Positions 25,670-36,069 are shown, counted from the stretch's first letter. The stretch: DNA of 64,000 nt from a virus (IMGVR_UViG_3300023184_000076:1-64000), one strand, 5' to 3'. The notes: a model not told the origin generated them from the letters alone. Made by a program: numbers and translations.

Positions 25670-25848
25670 TTGTTTTCATTTATATATTTTATTATTTCTT
25701 CCTCATTTTTCCCTTCATTAAAAATTCTATACACATTGCGTGAAAATTCATCCGTAGACATTACTGCGTCGGCATCTAAATAAGTCATAATATCTTCTAA
25801 GTGAATAAGGATGTTTTCTTTCTTTAAAAATCTTTTATTAAAACCCAT
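25666..25848 (-). CDS. hypothetical protein (60 aa)
   Basis: ORF overlapping GS start by 4 nt. Confidence 0.4.
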   Translation of the reverse strand: MGFNKRFLKKENILIHLEDIMTYLDADAVMSTDEFSRNVYRIFNEGKNEEEIIKYINENK

Positions 25849-25850
25849 GT

Positions 25851-26639
25851 TTAATCTTCTAAAAATTCTTTTTCTTTTTTCTTGTCCTCTTGTTCAATAC
25901 TGTAATTTCTCGCTTGATTAATTAACATTATTGTTTTTCTTTTGAATAGTGGTAATAATGTTTCTTCAATCGGGAAATCACCTTTGCTTATCATTTCTAA
26001 TACCGGTAACTTTGTTTTATTTTCGGTCTCAGAAAATGTAGTTATTATCTTTGGTATTGTCAATTTGATTTTATCATCACAATAAATTAATTTAACACTT
26101 GTCTTACTTTCAGGTGATCTTTTAGCTGCCGGAGATACTTCATACTCCCAAACATAATACTTATTGTCTCTCTTATCTAAATGAAAGAAGAAACCTTTGT
26201 TAGATAAAATTTCCTTTTTGTTCTTTCTGTATTTTGTTTCAATACTATCGTAAACTATTGTCCACACAGATTTTGCAATGTTGAAGTATTCTAACATTCT
26301 TGGTGCGGTGTATTGTAAAATTTTTGTGAATTCTTCATACTCATCAGTTGACATCTCAGGGACATTTTTAACTTTAAGATCTTTCACTAAAAGTTCGTCA
26401 TCAACTGAATTAAATTTCTTATTTGTATAAATAATTTTCTTATCCCTGATAAGTGTTTGTATGTTTGCTAAATGTAATGATAATTCTATAAACCCAGGAT
26501 AAAGTTCCATGTTATCTAACTTTTCACCCATACGTTGGAAATATGAAAGTAACTTATATTCTTTATGTTCCCTGTCAATTGGCCTTTCGAACATCCAATC
26601 GGTGCCCATTACAAATTCTATTTTTTTCTTTCTCGTCAT
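25851..26639 (-). CDS. hypothetical protein (262 aa)
   Basis: ORF. Confidence 0.55.
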   Translation of the reverse strand: MTRKKKIEFVMGTDWMFERPIDREHKEYKLLSYFQRMGEKLDNMELYPGFIELSLHLANIQTLIRDKKIIYTNKKFNSVDDELLVKDLKVKNVPEMSTDEYEEFTKILQYTAPRMLEYFNIAKSVWTIVYDSIETKYRKNKKEILSNKGFFFHLDKRDNKYYVWEYEVSPAAKRSPESKTSVKLIYCDDKIKLTIPKIITTFSETENKTKLPVLEMISKGDFPIEETLLPLFKRKTIMLINQARNYSIEQEDKKKEKEFLED

Positions 26640-26680
26640 TAAACATAAACATAATGATATAATTGTATTCTGTAAAGATA

Positions 26681-28216
26681 TTAATCAATTCTCATAACAA
26701 CAAAAGTTGAATCATTAACTGAGACTGTATCATAATTACCGTCATAACCATTTATTACACTATAATCGGCCTCGTCAACTAAATCACGTAGTAACGCTCT
26801 TTTATCAACAAAATTAGTATAATCATCACCCATGTCATCTAACCAACTTGCAGGGTCATCTTTAATTTCTTGTAACTTGTCTTCAACCGCTTCTTCTACC
26901 TCGTCATCATTTAAATCACCATCTGGATCATCTTTAATGTCTTGTATTTCAACATCAAGGTCTTCTATTTCACTTTCAATTTCATCTGACCTTGATTCGT
27001 TATCTGATTCATGTTCACCATCCTCATCCTCATCTTCATAATATACTTCATCAACTTTTTTACCATTTTGGTAAATTTGCCATTTATTTTCAGACCACTC
27101 AACAATTAAAATGTTATCCATATAATCGTTAAATTTGAAGTATTTAACACTCTCAACTTCTTCTTCCGTAAGTGGGGATCTGGCACCACATTTAATCAAA
27201 TAGGTTTCTATTTCAAGGGACCTTTTTTGGTTTTGTAGTCTTTCAATTTCTCTATCTTGGCTATTACTAGTTTCTCTACTAATACCATAATTGGTCGGAT
27301 CATCAGTAACCCATTCACGAATCATATCTTCATAATAGTCCGCAACCTCATCACCATCAATATGATATGATAAAGTATTTTTATCAAAATTACTAAAATC
27401 ATTTACCATTTCTTCATAATACTGTTCAACAGAATCATCCGCCTCACTTTCAGTTCCAACCGCATAAACATTACCACTTACATCATCATGTACAGATCTA
27501 AATGAATGTAATTCATAATGGGTACCATCAGGTATTAAATCATAAACATCATTATCATTTCTCTTAAGACTATCTATATCATCTTGAAGGTCGCTACGTT
27601 CCATATCCAATTCATCAAGAACATCAGGATCTTCCTCATTATCTATTTTTTCCTCAAGTTCCTCCATTAATCTTTCAAATTCTTTTAGGTCCTCACGTTC
27701 AGAATCACTTAAATACCCAATATCACCCTGTTGACTCATATATTCAAACACGGCATTTGCCATTAAACCTTCATCGTCAATATCAGGATTATCTAAATTC
27801 CATACACCCTCTTCTCGTCTTTCTTCTGCCTCTAGTCTTAACGCTCTTTCTTTTTTTCTCTCAAGTTCTTGATAATATGGTGTATCATAATAATTTAAAC
27901 TACCACCAACTGTAACACCATCAAAATTTACAATACCTGAGGAACGAACATTTAAATCGCCAGTCACAATTAACTCACCTAAATTAGTTATTTGTTTTAA
28001 ACCCGCTAAGGGTAAGTTACCCTTAACTCTTATTTTTTTACCTCTGAAATCAGGAAATTTAGGAATGGCTTGCGCCTTATAATTAACAGACTTTAATAGA
28101 TCCATATATTCTTGTGGGGTAAAATCTTCATATTCGACACTATCATCTTGTTCAAGAATAATACTCTTTATTAATCCAATTAATTCACCCTCATTAATTC
28201 TTACAACTTTTTTCAT
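26681..28216 (-). CDS. large highly acidic (D/E-rich) protein
   Basis: 511 aa, long poly-acidic tracts. Confidence 0.6.
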   Translation of the reverse strand: MKKVVRINEGELIGLIKSIILEQDDSVEYEDFTPQEYMDLLKSVNYKAQAIPKFPDFRGKKIRVKGNLPLAGLKQITNLGELIVTGDLNVRSSGIVNFDGVTVGGSLNYYDTPYYQELERKKERALRLEAEERREEGVWNLDNPDIDDEGLMANAVFEYMSQQGDIGYLSDSEREDLKEFERLMEELEEKIDNEEDPDVLDELDMERSDLQDDIDSLKRNDNDVYDLIPDGTHYELHSFRSVHDDVSGNVYAVGTESEADDSVEQYYEEMVNDFSNFDKNTLSYHIDGDEVADYYEDMIREWVTDDPTNYGISRETSNSQDREIERLQNQKRSLEIETYLIKCGARSPLTEEEVESVKYFKFNDYMDNILIVEWSENKWQIYQNGKKVDEVYYEDEDEDGEHESDNESRSDEIESEIEDLDVEIQDIKDDPDGDLNDDEVEEAVEDKLQEIKDDPASWLDDMGDDYTNFVDKRALLRDLVDEADYSVINGYDGNYDTVSVNDSTFVVMRID

Positions 28217-28297
28217 ATTACAATAAATATTTAATGGTTTACAAAATATGAGTCCTATCTGATATTTATAATTAAATAAACCTATTAAAACAAATAT

Positions 28298-28438
28298 TAT
28301 GGGATGCGGATGTAAAAATAAAGCAAATCAACAACCTGCTCAGGCACCTCAACAAGCTCCTAAACAACCAGCGGCGAATCAATCTACGGTTCAAGAGTCG
28401 GTAAAGAAAATTGTTGAGAAGTATTACAACAAAAAGTA
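28298..28438 (+). CDS. small Gln/Pro/Ala-rich protein (46 aa, MGCGCKNKANQQPAQAPQQAPKQ...), not in ORF track
   Basis: Own translation; locally GC-rich; followed by hairpin plus T-run terminator. Antisense track ORF 28272..28481 looks like nonsense. Confidence 0.4.
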
Positions 28439-28462
28439 ATCGGTGATTGGTTAAAAAGTTGA

Positions 28463-28489
28463 GGTGGGAAATATTTTCCACCTTTTTTT
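28463..28489 (+). terminator. hairpin GGTGGGAAATA/TATTTTCCACC plus T7
   Basis: After small + ORF. Confidence 0.5.
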
Positions 28490-28502
28490 ATATTTATAAG
28501 GT

Positions 28503-29597
28503 ATGAATGATATTGAAGAAATAATAGAAGAATTTAACGATGGTAATTGGGGTGGTATATCCAAAATATTTAATAATAAGATTGAGGTATTTTTAAGTTT
28601 TATACTTAGAAAAGGTTTAATTGATGAATTAGAATTATCTAATATACCTTATAATAACGTACCCTCATTTGACTTTTTAGTTAAAACAAAAATTTTAGAT
28701 AGGTTTGAATATAAATCTATACCAGAAGTTCTTGAAAATGATTTTCTTTTGTATAAAATACAACAGGATCCTGAAGTTTGGTTAGAATGGTTAACCGGAA
28801 ACATTCTAACTGATGTTGAGAGAAGATCAGATGGTTATTACCTATTCTTAAGAGACCGTACAGAACTTGCCGAATTATTTGATGATAGTGGTCGTGATAC
28901 CACGGCAAAAGATGTTGCAGAACGTGTATTAGGTGAGGATTACTGGGAAGATTTTTACGAATCAACCAATAATGTTTATGAAGATGTTATTGAAGAATTA
29001 GATGTTGAAAATGTTATAAAATTAAGAAATTATATATTCAGAGAAATTGGTAATGTTGAGTTTTCATTAGATAAATATGATTCAGATTTTTTTGAGGGTT
29101 TGTCTGAAGAACAAGGAACTGAAGGTTATTTCATAATCAAAGAAGAAGATTTAGATGAATTAATAAAGGATGAAGATGCCATGAATCAACTTCTTGGTGA
29201 CGATTTATCCGACTTAAAAAGTGAATTATATAGTATTCATAGTAATGCATATAATGGAGCATATCAAAGTGAATTATATGGTTTAATTTGGTCAGAATTG
29301 AGTAGACACTTTGTTGGTAGGGTAATTGACGAACAAATCCAATCAGGTGAAAAAACTAAATGGTTACAATATGTTAAAATACTTGACTTCAAACGTGATG
29401 TTGAAAAATTTCTTTCCAATCGTTTGGGTAGTGAATATAATGAAGATAAATTAGATTACGAAGGTAGTTATACCCGTATGATGAAACAACTAATGGATGA
29501 TGATGAATATGATTGGTTAGACTTTAGAATACCTGACTATCCGGATTATACTTTAGTCAACAAAGATATAAATGATATATTCGGAGACTATATTTAA
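28503..29597 (+). CDS. large acidic protein (364 aa)
   Basis: ORF, D/E-rich. Confidence 0.6.
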   Translation: MNDIEEIIEEFNDGNWGGISKIFNNKIEVFLSFILRKGLIDELELSNIPYNNVPSFDFLVKTKILDRFEYKSIPEVLENDFLLYKIQQDPEVWLEWLTGNILTDVERRSDGYYLFLRDRTELAELFDDSGRDTTAKDVAERVLGEDYWEDFYESTNNVYEDVIEELDVENVIKLRNYIFREIGNVEFSLDKYDSDFFEGLSEEQGTEGYFIIKEEDLDELIKDEDAMNQLLGDDLSDLKSELYSIHSNAYNGAYQSELYGLIWSELSRHFVGRVIDEQIQSGEKTKWLQYVKILDFKRDVEKFLSNRLGSEYNEDKLDYEGSYTRMMKQLMDDDEYDWLDFRIPDYPDYTLVNKDINDIFGDYI

Positions 29598-29648
29598 GTC
29601 AACTATTTATATATCCATTTAAAACTCATATTCATTACAAAAAAAGAT

Positions 29649-30338
29649 ATGAGATTAATCAATAAAAATTCAAGACGAGGCATAGTAAATTTATTTGCCG
29701 ATTTCATTGTGTCTAAAATTGACCCAAAAGAAAGATCAATAATACAAATAACAGATTGTGATGTATTCATGGTCGTAAATGGTCAGACCACAAGCGAAAT
29801 AGAACTTAACATTGATGAGTTAAAAAACGAATTCAATGAAACCTATAAGGTTATACTTAAATCATTAGGTTTAGAACATTTTAATATTATTAATATAATT
29901 AAATACGGAGTTGAGATATTCCCCATTGAGAAGGGTTTAGTTAGTACCAACAAAAAAGTATTTGTAGAAGAAGATGAATCATTTAATGAAATCTCAATTA
30001 GTTCTGAGTTTCCTTATGGATATAGTTTACGTACAGGTAGATCTATGGCTTACTACTCACATTATATACTTAATCAAATTTCATCAACAATAGGATCGGA
30101 TAGTATGTATATCCATTTCTTACCTAAAGTAGATGATGAGGTTGACATTAATGTTGTTGTTGACTCAATGTACAACACTAAAACTATCAAATCATTAATT
30201 TTAGATGTATTTGACTTCGATTTAGAGGACTTCTCTAATAGAATGGAATCTTATGACCTTACCCAAGATATATTGGATCCTGAGGGAGAAAAACCATACT
30301 TGGTTCAGGACAGATTAGAGGATGTGATTATATTCTAA
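29649..30338 (+). CDS. hypothetical protein (229 aa)
   Basis: ORF with terminator downstream. Confidence 0.6.
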   Translation: MRLINKNSRRGIVNLFADFIVSKIDPKERSIIQITDCDVFMVVNGQTTSEIELNIDELKNEFNETYKVILKSLGLEHFNIINIIKYGVEIFPIEKGLVSTNKKVFVEEDESFNEISISSEFPYGYSLRTGRSMAYYSHYILNQISSTIGSDSMYIHFLPKVDDEVDINVVVDSMYNTKTIKSLILDVFDFDLEDFSNRMESYDLTQDILDPEGEKPYLVQDRLEDVIIF

Positions 30339-30343
30339 AAAGA

Positions 30344-30371
30344 AACCCCACTCTTATTAGGAATGGGGGTT
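30344..30371. terminator. hairpin AACCCCactcttattaggaatgGGGGTT
   Basis: Between convergent genes. Confidence 0.5.
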
Positions 30372-30375
30372 TTAA

Positions 30376-30663
30376 TTATCTTTCGTAAAACTCTTTGATG
30401 ATTGTTACCCCTTCATCAAGTTCATTAAAATCTCGTTCAGGTGCGTATAATTCAGTTTTAGAATTTTCTTGTCCTGGTGATTCAATTAACATAAATGCAG
30501 GTACATATTCATTCTTAGTTATTGAAACAAACATATCGTATTCATCACTATGTTCGTCAATATCTCTATCAACGTAAGGTATGTCTTCTTTATCCAGCAT
30601 TTCCTTAAGGACTTTACAATGACCACATGATTTCATTGAAAATATGATTGCTAACTTATCCAT
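30376..30663 (-). CDS. glutaredoxin/NrdH-like redoxin
   Basis: CGHC active site in thioredoxin-fold context (SMKSCGHCKVLKEMLDKEDIPYVDRDID). Confidence 0.55.
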   Translation of the reverse strand: MDKLAIIFSMKSCGHCKVLKEMLDKEDIPYVDRDIDEHSDEYDMFVSITKNEYVPAFMLIESPGQENSKTELYAPERDFNELDEGVTIIKEFYER

Positions 30664-30970
30664 TGATCAATTCTGTTAGGATCCCGTTTATTTGACCTTC
30701 ACTCATTAATCCAACTTTAGTATCAATAACATTCCCATTTTGGAAAACTTTAATTGTTGGTATACTTCTAATACCTAAACTCATAGCAATCTCTTTATTA
30801 AGATCAATATCCATTGTATACATCTGAACTTCAGATTTATTTTTGTTTGCAATACCCTCAAAGATTGGTTTCATTATACCACATGGTCGACACCAAACTC
30901 CATGAAAATCAACAATTATTTTCTCACCTTTGTTAATTTTTTCTTGTAAATCTACACTACTAATTTCCAT
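30656..30970 (-). CDS. trx: thioredoxin
   Basis: WCRPC active site, 104 aa. Confidence 0.75.
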   Translation of the reverse strand: MEISSVDLQEKINKGEKIIVDFHGVWCRPCGIMKPIFEGIANKNKSEVQMYTMDIDLNKEIAMSLGIRSIPTIKVFQNGNVIDTKVGLMSEGQINGILTELING

Positions 30971-30989
30971 AATTTTAATTTAATTTTAT

Positions 30990-31655
30990 TTATATATTTC
31001 CCCATCTTCTTCCATTTTTTATATCATAAAAAAAATGTTCTTTTACGTTAGGATAAAGTTCTATTAATTGTTTTATTTTATAACCTTCTTTTAATTTATT
31101 TTTAATATCAACAACTAAATCAACACCATATTTAGATGTCTTTTGTAAAGTTTCAGTTACCTTTATTATTCTTTTTTGTTTTTCTTCATCAGACATTTTA
31201 TCCCAACCTTTTTTAACCGCTAATCTTCGTTTTTCTATTTGTTCCTTAGCTCTATCACCATATAATTCTTCATAAGTTTTACCTTTGTGGGAATTACCAT
31301 TTTTGGTGTTTTCGGAAATTTTTTGTCTTATTTCCGCAGAGTGAGTATACCCTAAACAACCTTCACCCCCAAAAGTAGAATTTAACCCGTTACTATATGA
31401 GTCGTAACTTTCAATATATTTTTTTTCTGTCTCATATATTACACTTAAATCACATTCTTCAATCAACTCTATAGTAAAATTATCTTGACCATATTTTTTC
31501 ATTGAGTTATATAATTTTGATTTGTATTCAGAAGTAAAACATCTTGATAAATGTTCACCAAATCTTTTTTCTAAAGAATTGATTGTACAACCTATATAAA
31601 TTAAACCATTTTCTTTATTTGTTATTTTATATATCTTACCCTTTTCCGTGATCAT
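30990..31655 (-). CDS. GIY-YIG homing endonuclease (free-standing)
   Basis: GLIYIGCT...LEKRFGEH... N-terminal GIY-YIG module. Confidence 0.75.
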   Translation of the reverse strand: MITEKGKIYKITNKENGLIYIGCTINSLEKRFGEHLSRCFTSEYKSKLYNSMKKYGQDNFTIELIEECDLSVIYETEKKYIESYDSYSNGLNSTFGGEGCLGYTHSAEIRQKISENTKNGNSHKGKTYEELYGDRAKEQIEKRRLAVKKGWDKMSDEEKQKRIIKVTETLQKTSKYGVDLVVDIKNKLKEGYKIKQLIELYPNVKEHFFYDIKNGRRWGNI

Positions 31656-31702
31656 AAATACTATTTATAATAAATATCACTAACCCGCCCAAAAATCAGT
31701 TT

Positions 31703-32059
31703 TTATTTAATTTTTGATAAGTTTTTAATGAAGAATGATACTTCGTTTAATTGATCCATATCGTAATAAATTTTCATCTGATACGACATATCTGCGACCT
31801 CCATTTTAGATAAATATAAGTAAAACCCAGATTTATGTTTAAGAATTGATTCTAAGTGATTAAGTTCAAATTCAAACTCAACACTATCCAAATATTCAAT
31901 TTCAAATTTCTTTTCTATTAATATTTTAGGTGTTAAACCTATAGTACTATTAACCTTAATGATACCATATAATTTACCATGTCTTTCCTTTAAGATATCT
32001 AAAAAATCGTTCTCTCGTATAAACATATTAGTATAAATTAAAAAAGTGGGGTTGTTCAC
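31703..32059 (-). CDS. hypothetical protein (118 aa)
   Basis: ORF. Confidence 0.5.
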   Translation of the reverse strand: MNNPTFLIYTNMFIRENDFLDILKERHGKLYGIIKVNSTIGLTPKILIEKKFEIEYLDSVEFEFELNHLESILKHKSGFYLYLSKMEVADMSYQMKIYYDMDQLNEVSFFIKNLSKIK

Positions 32060-32064
32060 CCCAC
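32046..32064 (-). terminator. hairpin GTGGGGttgttcaCCCCAC
   Basis: After 32072..32827. Confidence 0.5.
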
Positions 32065-32071
32065 GTTTCTT

Positions 32072-32827
32072 TTAGATCATTGACTCAGCAGTCTCCCAAA
32101 GTTTTGTGTTTATTGCGTTTACCGCCATAATGTTTTTCAAACCTCTCAATCCTGTCTTACGACCACTTTGTGATTTGTACTCAACTCCACCTCGTACAAA
32201 TTTCTCTTGTACTACGTTGAAGATTTTCCAAAGGTCATCCCCTTCATCTTCCTTACGATTAGGTGTCAACAAGTCAACCAAATCAAGTGTTGATGGTACT
32301 GAACCTGTTGCCCATCTAAGTTTAGATGCTTTTTGAACAAACTCTACTTTCTCGTCCATAGTAAGTTCTCGTTCCATCATTCGTCCAACAGAGTGTTGAA
32401 TCATTGGTAGTTTCTTTGCAAAACTCTCAGTTAACATTTTAACATCATCAAGTTGGAAATCTTTGTGACGGATTCGGAATTGATCCGCTACTGATGTAGG
32501 AACAGTCAAACCATTACTACATACCAATCTGTGAAGTCCTGCACTCATTGAGAATGCTGACATTCCATTGTGGGAGTTTTTGATGATCGCTTCAACCAAA
32601 GTATCACCAACTGATGGAAGTTGTCCATTACGGAACTTTACTTCGTGTAGGGCATGAATCCCTCTACCATTTTGTTTTACTGATGAAATTTCCCACCCTT
32701 CTCTATCGAAGAACTCCATGATCTTGTCTGTAGGGACAAACTCATATTTGTTTGTCAATTTTGACGATGGAGATGTTGCGAAGATTGATGGTGCCGCTGA
32801 CTTGATTAATTCTGGAGTATAGATCAT
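32072..32827 (-). CDS. hypothetical protein (251 aa); weak resemblance to DUF932-type phage/plasmid proteins
   Basis: ORF; family assignment from memory only. Confidence 0.5.
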   Translation of the reverse strand: MIYTPELIKSAAPSIFATSPSSKLTNKYEFVPTDKIMEFFDREGWEISSVKQNGRGIHALHEVKFRNGQLPSVGDTLVEAIIKNSHNGMSAFSMSAGLHRLVCSNGLTVPTSVADQFRIRHKDFQLDDVKMLTESFAKKLPMIQHSVGRMMERELTMDEKVEFVQKASKLRWATGSVPSTLDLVDLLTPNRKEDEGDDLWKIFNVVQEKFVRGGVEYKSQSGRKTGLRGLKNIMAVNAINTKLWETAESMI

Positions 32828-32899
32828 ATAATTAGTTTTTTTTAGTACATTACAAAGGTAGGCAATTTTTTCAATTCCACAAGCCTTTACATAAAAAAA

Positions 32900-33217
32900 T
32901 TAATTTAATATAATGTCCCCAAACTTAGTCTTTTGGATAAACCCTTCCACTTTGTTTGCATAAAGTAACTTTTGGTTTAATTCAGGTGCTTTGAGGTCAA
33001 CCACAACATCAATAATTTGTTGTTTGGTCAACACAAAGTCTTCACCTTTACTATGGTTCTCAATAGATTTTTCTTTCAATTTTTGAAAGAACTCTTCTTT
33101 TTGTACTTCACCAACAAGATCCATAAAGTCACCTGGGTTTTTTTCAAAGAAGAGTATTAGTTGACTAATATAAATTTCTATGTCTACGTTCATTATTATG
33201 ATCTTATAGGTCCACAA
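32900..33217 (-). CDS. hypothetical protein (105 aa)
   Basis: ORF. Confidence 0.45.
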   Translation of the reverse strand: MWTYKIIIMNVDIEIYISQLILFFEKNPGDFMDLVGEVQKEEFFQKLKEKSIENHSKGEDFVLTKQQIIDVVVDLKAPELNQKLLYANKVEGFIQKTKFGDIILN

Positions 33218-35085
33218 TGTTTCTTCAATTCAGGAGGGAAATTAATAAACCAAAATCCCTCATCTTCTGTCATATATTCTTCTAATTTTTTAGGTATTCT
33301 CATACCAGGATTTGAGTTTTCAGTTGAGAAGAAGTTCAAACAATATAACTCACCGAACGCCTCAGGAATACTCTCTAATTGCGGATTATTTGGTAAGTTT
33401 ATAAATTTCAATTTGGTACAATTTCCAATACTTTCAGGAATTGATTTAACCATATTATCAATAATCAATGTTTTTAATTCGGTTAATTTACCAATACTTG
33501 ACGGTATATCCAAAGCAATTGTACTTTTACTTGTATTTTCCATTTGGATCATAGTTGTATTAGACGGAATGTGTTCAAAGAAATCTTCAAATCCAAATAA
33601 AGCAACATACTTAGAGTTATCATCTTTTGGATATTCAAGTCCAACGTAACCACTACTACTAACTCCACCCAATTGACCTGAGAATTTTTCTCTTAATTTT
33701 TTCTTATTCTCTCTCATTATAGGACTATTGATGAATGCAATATCAGTGTCATTCAATTGACCTAAACTTTTTGACATCAACCCTTGTAGTTTTCTTGCCG
33801 CATAATATTTCAATACACTAGGTTCTGAATTATTGATCATGTCCGCAGTCAAGTCCATTCCCAAACCTAAGTATTTGTTTTTAAGATTCTCAGTAAAATT
33901 ACTATAAATTTCATTACCGTTACCTCTGTATGTTAAATCAGGACTTGCAATCTCAAGCCACATTTCAGCCGCTTGTTCACTACCAAGTTCTTTAATCGCA
34001 TCTTTATTGATACTAGTGTTTTTGAAATTATTCATTTCTCTTTGTTCCTCCGCAGATAATGGATCGGCAACAAACAAATGTTCTTTACCTTCTAATTTTG
34101 GAACTTTACTAACAATCGTAGACCAAGCCTCTCTCTTATGTCCTGAATATCCACCAGCCATATTTTGACCATCAGCAATTCTCTTACCACCGTAAGGTTC
34201 AACTAAGATAACAACCGCATAGTTAAGATCCCCAAATGGTTTATCTTTATCGATAACATAATAAATTGTTAAGTTATGACCCAAACGATAGTTATAGTAC
34301 ATATTACCACCACCTGATTTAGAAATGCACCAACTTCTTCCGTTGGCCAATTTAATACATTGTTCTTTACCACTTGGTTTGAAGATTAATAAGTTATTGT
34401 CATCATATATTGTTTCAATATCCTTATAATCATCTTTACTATCTTTAATATCATCCGTTAAGTCTCCCATACCATCTAATGTATGTTCAAGCTCATCAAA
34501 ACTCATAAACAACAATGGTGGTAAATTAGCCGGTAATCTATGGTATAGATCTAGGTATGTTGATACATAATATATTAATTGTTCAGGTGTCACATTAGCC
34601 CCGTCTTCCTTAAATTTCTTAAGTGCCGCCGCAGTCAACATGGTATTAAACTTACTCTGTAAAAACTCAACTAATTTCAAATAAGGCATTTTAAGAACAT
34701 CTCTTTGATTTAAAGGTAAAATAGGAAATAATTCATAGAATTTACGTAAAGCCAATTTAACCGCATTTTTGTCGGCTCCTTTGTTCGCCTCCATATATTT
34801 TTTGAAGATACCTTTTTCTTGTTTTTTAATCTCTTTGGATAAAACAATATTTTTAACAACACTATAACTTAATTTAGTAATGTCCCTCTGATCTTGTGGT
34901 AAACCACCTTTATATTTATCGAATGCGTTAATAACCGCAGTTATTTGTTCTTCCGTATCTTTAGTTGTAGGTTTGTATTTGTCAATTAAAAATTTAACAA
35001 CCTTTTCAGACATTGCCTCACTCACAAGACGTTTACCGTTTGTGTTTTCTTTAATGACAGTTGATAATACCTTAAGTAATTCCAT
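33196..35085 (-). CDS. large protein with C-terminal leucine-rich repeats
   Basis: LTELKTLIIDNMVKSIPESIGNCTKLKFINLPNNPQLESIPEAFGELYCL (LxxLxLxxN/LxxIP periodicity). Confidence 0.55.
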   Translation of the reverse strand: MELLKVLSTVIKENTNGKRLVSEAMSEKVVKFLIDKYKPTTKDTEEQITAVINAFDKYKGGLPQDQRDITKLSYSVVKNIVLSKEIKKQEKGIFKKYMEANKGADKNAVKLALRKFYELFPILPLNQRDVLKMPYLKLVEFLQSKFNTMLTAAALKKFKEDGANVTPEQLIYYVSTYLDLYHRLPANLPPLLFMSFDELEHTLDGMGDLTDDIKDSKDDYKDIETIYDDNNLLIFKPSGKEQCIKLANGRSWCISKSGGGNMYYNYRLGHNLTIYYVIDKDKPFGDLNYAVVILVEPYGGKRIADGQNMAGGYSGHKREAWSTIVSKVPKLEGKEHLFVADPLSAEEQREMNNFKNTSINKDAIKELGSEQAAEMWLEIASPDLTYRGNGNEIYSNFTENLKNKYLGLGMDLTADMINNSEPSVLKYYAARKLQGLMSKSLGQLNDTDIAFINSPIMRENKKKLREKFSGQLGGVSSSGYVGLEYPKDDNSKYVALFGFEDFFEHIPSNTTMIQMENTSKSTIALDIPSSIGKLTELKTLIIDNMVKSIPESIGNCTKLKFINLPNNPQLESIPEAFGELYCLNFFSTENSNPGMRIPKKLEEYMTEDEGFWFINFPPELKKHCGPIRS

Positions 35086-35127
35086 AGTAAAGTTTTATTA
35101 TAAATATTCCAGTAGTGTAAAAAATAA

Positions 35128-35967
35128 TTAGTAATTCATTATTAATAATTCCTCACCCATATTTTGTTTTGTTCCTTTCTTTGCCGCTGCCGCTTTAGCA
35201 AACTCTTTTTTCTCCCATCGATATATGTTATCAGGAAACCAAAAATGTAAAAGTTCAAAATCATAATACGATAATGAAAACTTACCTTGAATCCCGTTTA
35301 AAACATTTGCCAACCTCTCGTGATCTTCTCTATCAAAATCGTGGTTAGAATAGTAGTTCTCAGTTTTCCAATAAGGTGGATCAACATAGAAGTAAGTTGT
35401 TGGTGAATCATACTTTTCAATAACCTCAGCAAAATCCATATTCTCAACGTGAGTTATCTTTATGAAATGTTCAACCCAATCAGGTTTCATTAACTTATCT
35501 CTGAATGTTAAGTATTTAGATTTGTACTTACCTTTTAAGTCAATGAAAGAACTTTTTTCAGGTTTAGATCCTGAGAACACTTGTGTTAAAACATATGCGT
35601 ATTTAGCAGCAACATCATAATTACCAGGTTCTACGCTGAAATTATCAGCAAATATTTCAGCCTGAAACCTTACAAATTGTTCTTTATAAATTGAAGGTGT
35701 CACTTCTTCCCCAAATTGTTGACACGGTATTGCATTAATTGACTCTAATAATCTTTCAGGATTTTGAATACATTGAAACAAATTATAGTTGAGTGGGTTA
35801 AAGTCGTTGTAAACAACTCTCTTTAGATTTGGAAACTGTTTTAAGTCCATATTAAAGAAACACCAAAACATACCCCCAAATGTTTCAACATATGTCTCCA
35901 TGTCTTTATCATAGAAAGGGACAATCCACTTTCCAATTTTACTTTTACCTCCGATGTATGATAGCAT
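35128..35967 (-). CDS. dam: Dam-like D12-class N6-adenine DNA methyltransferase
   Basis: MLSYIGGKSKIGKWI N-terminus and FYVDPPYW motif IV. Confidence 0.8.
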   Translation of the reverse strand: MLSYIGGKSKIGKWIVPFYDKDMETYVETFGGMFWCFFNMDLKQFPNLKRVVYNDFNPLNYNLFQCIQNPERLLESINAIPCQQFGEEVTPSIYKEQFVRFQAEIFADNFSVEPGNYDVAAKYAYVLTQVFSGSKPEKSSFIDLKGKYKSKYLTFRDKLMKPDWVEHFIKITHVENMDFAEVIEKYDSPTTYFYVDPPYWKTENYYSNHDFDREDHERLANVLNGIQGKFSLSYYDFELLHFWFPDNIYRWEKKEFAKAAAAKKGTKQNMGEELLIMNY

Positions 35968-36069
35968 AGTTTTTATTCAAAATATAGTTATTTTATAATC
36001 ATATGTCAATTCAAAAATTCTTCACTTATAAAATGTTTAGTAGTATAATTATTATTATAAGAAAACATT

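Noticed and set aside
28272-28481. 69-aa minus-strand ORF from the track
   Set aside because: Translation is low-complexity R/L-rich nonsense; the plus strand carries a compositionally coherent small ORF followed by a terminator
33161-33649. 162-aa plus-strand ORF
   Set aside because: Antisense to the long LRR-protein gene; low-complexity hydrophobic translation typical of AT-rich antisense frames. The same reasoning applies to 51347..51910, 41900..42343, 49996..50328, 54300..54575 and other plus-strand track ORFs inside minus-strand genes
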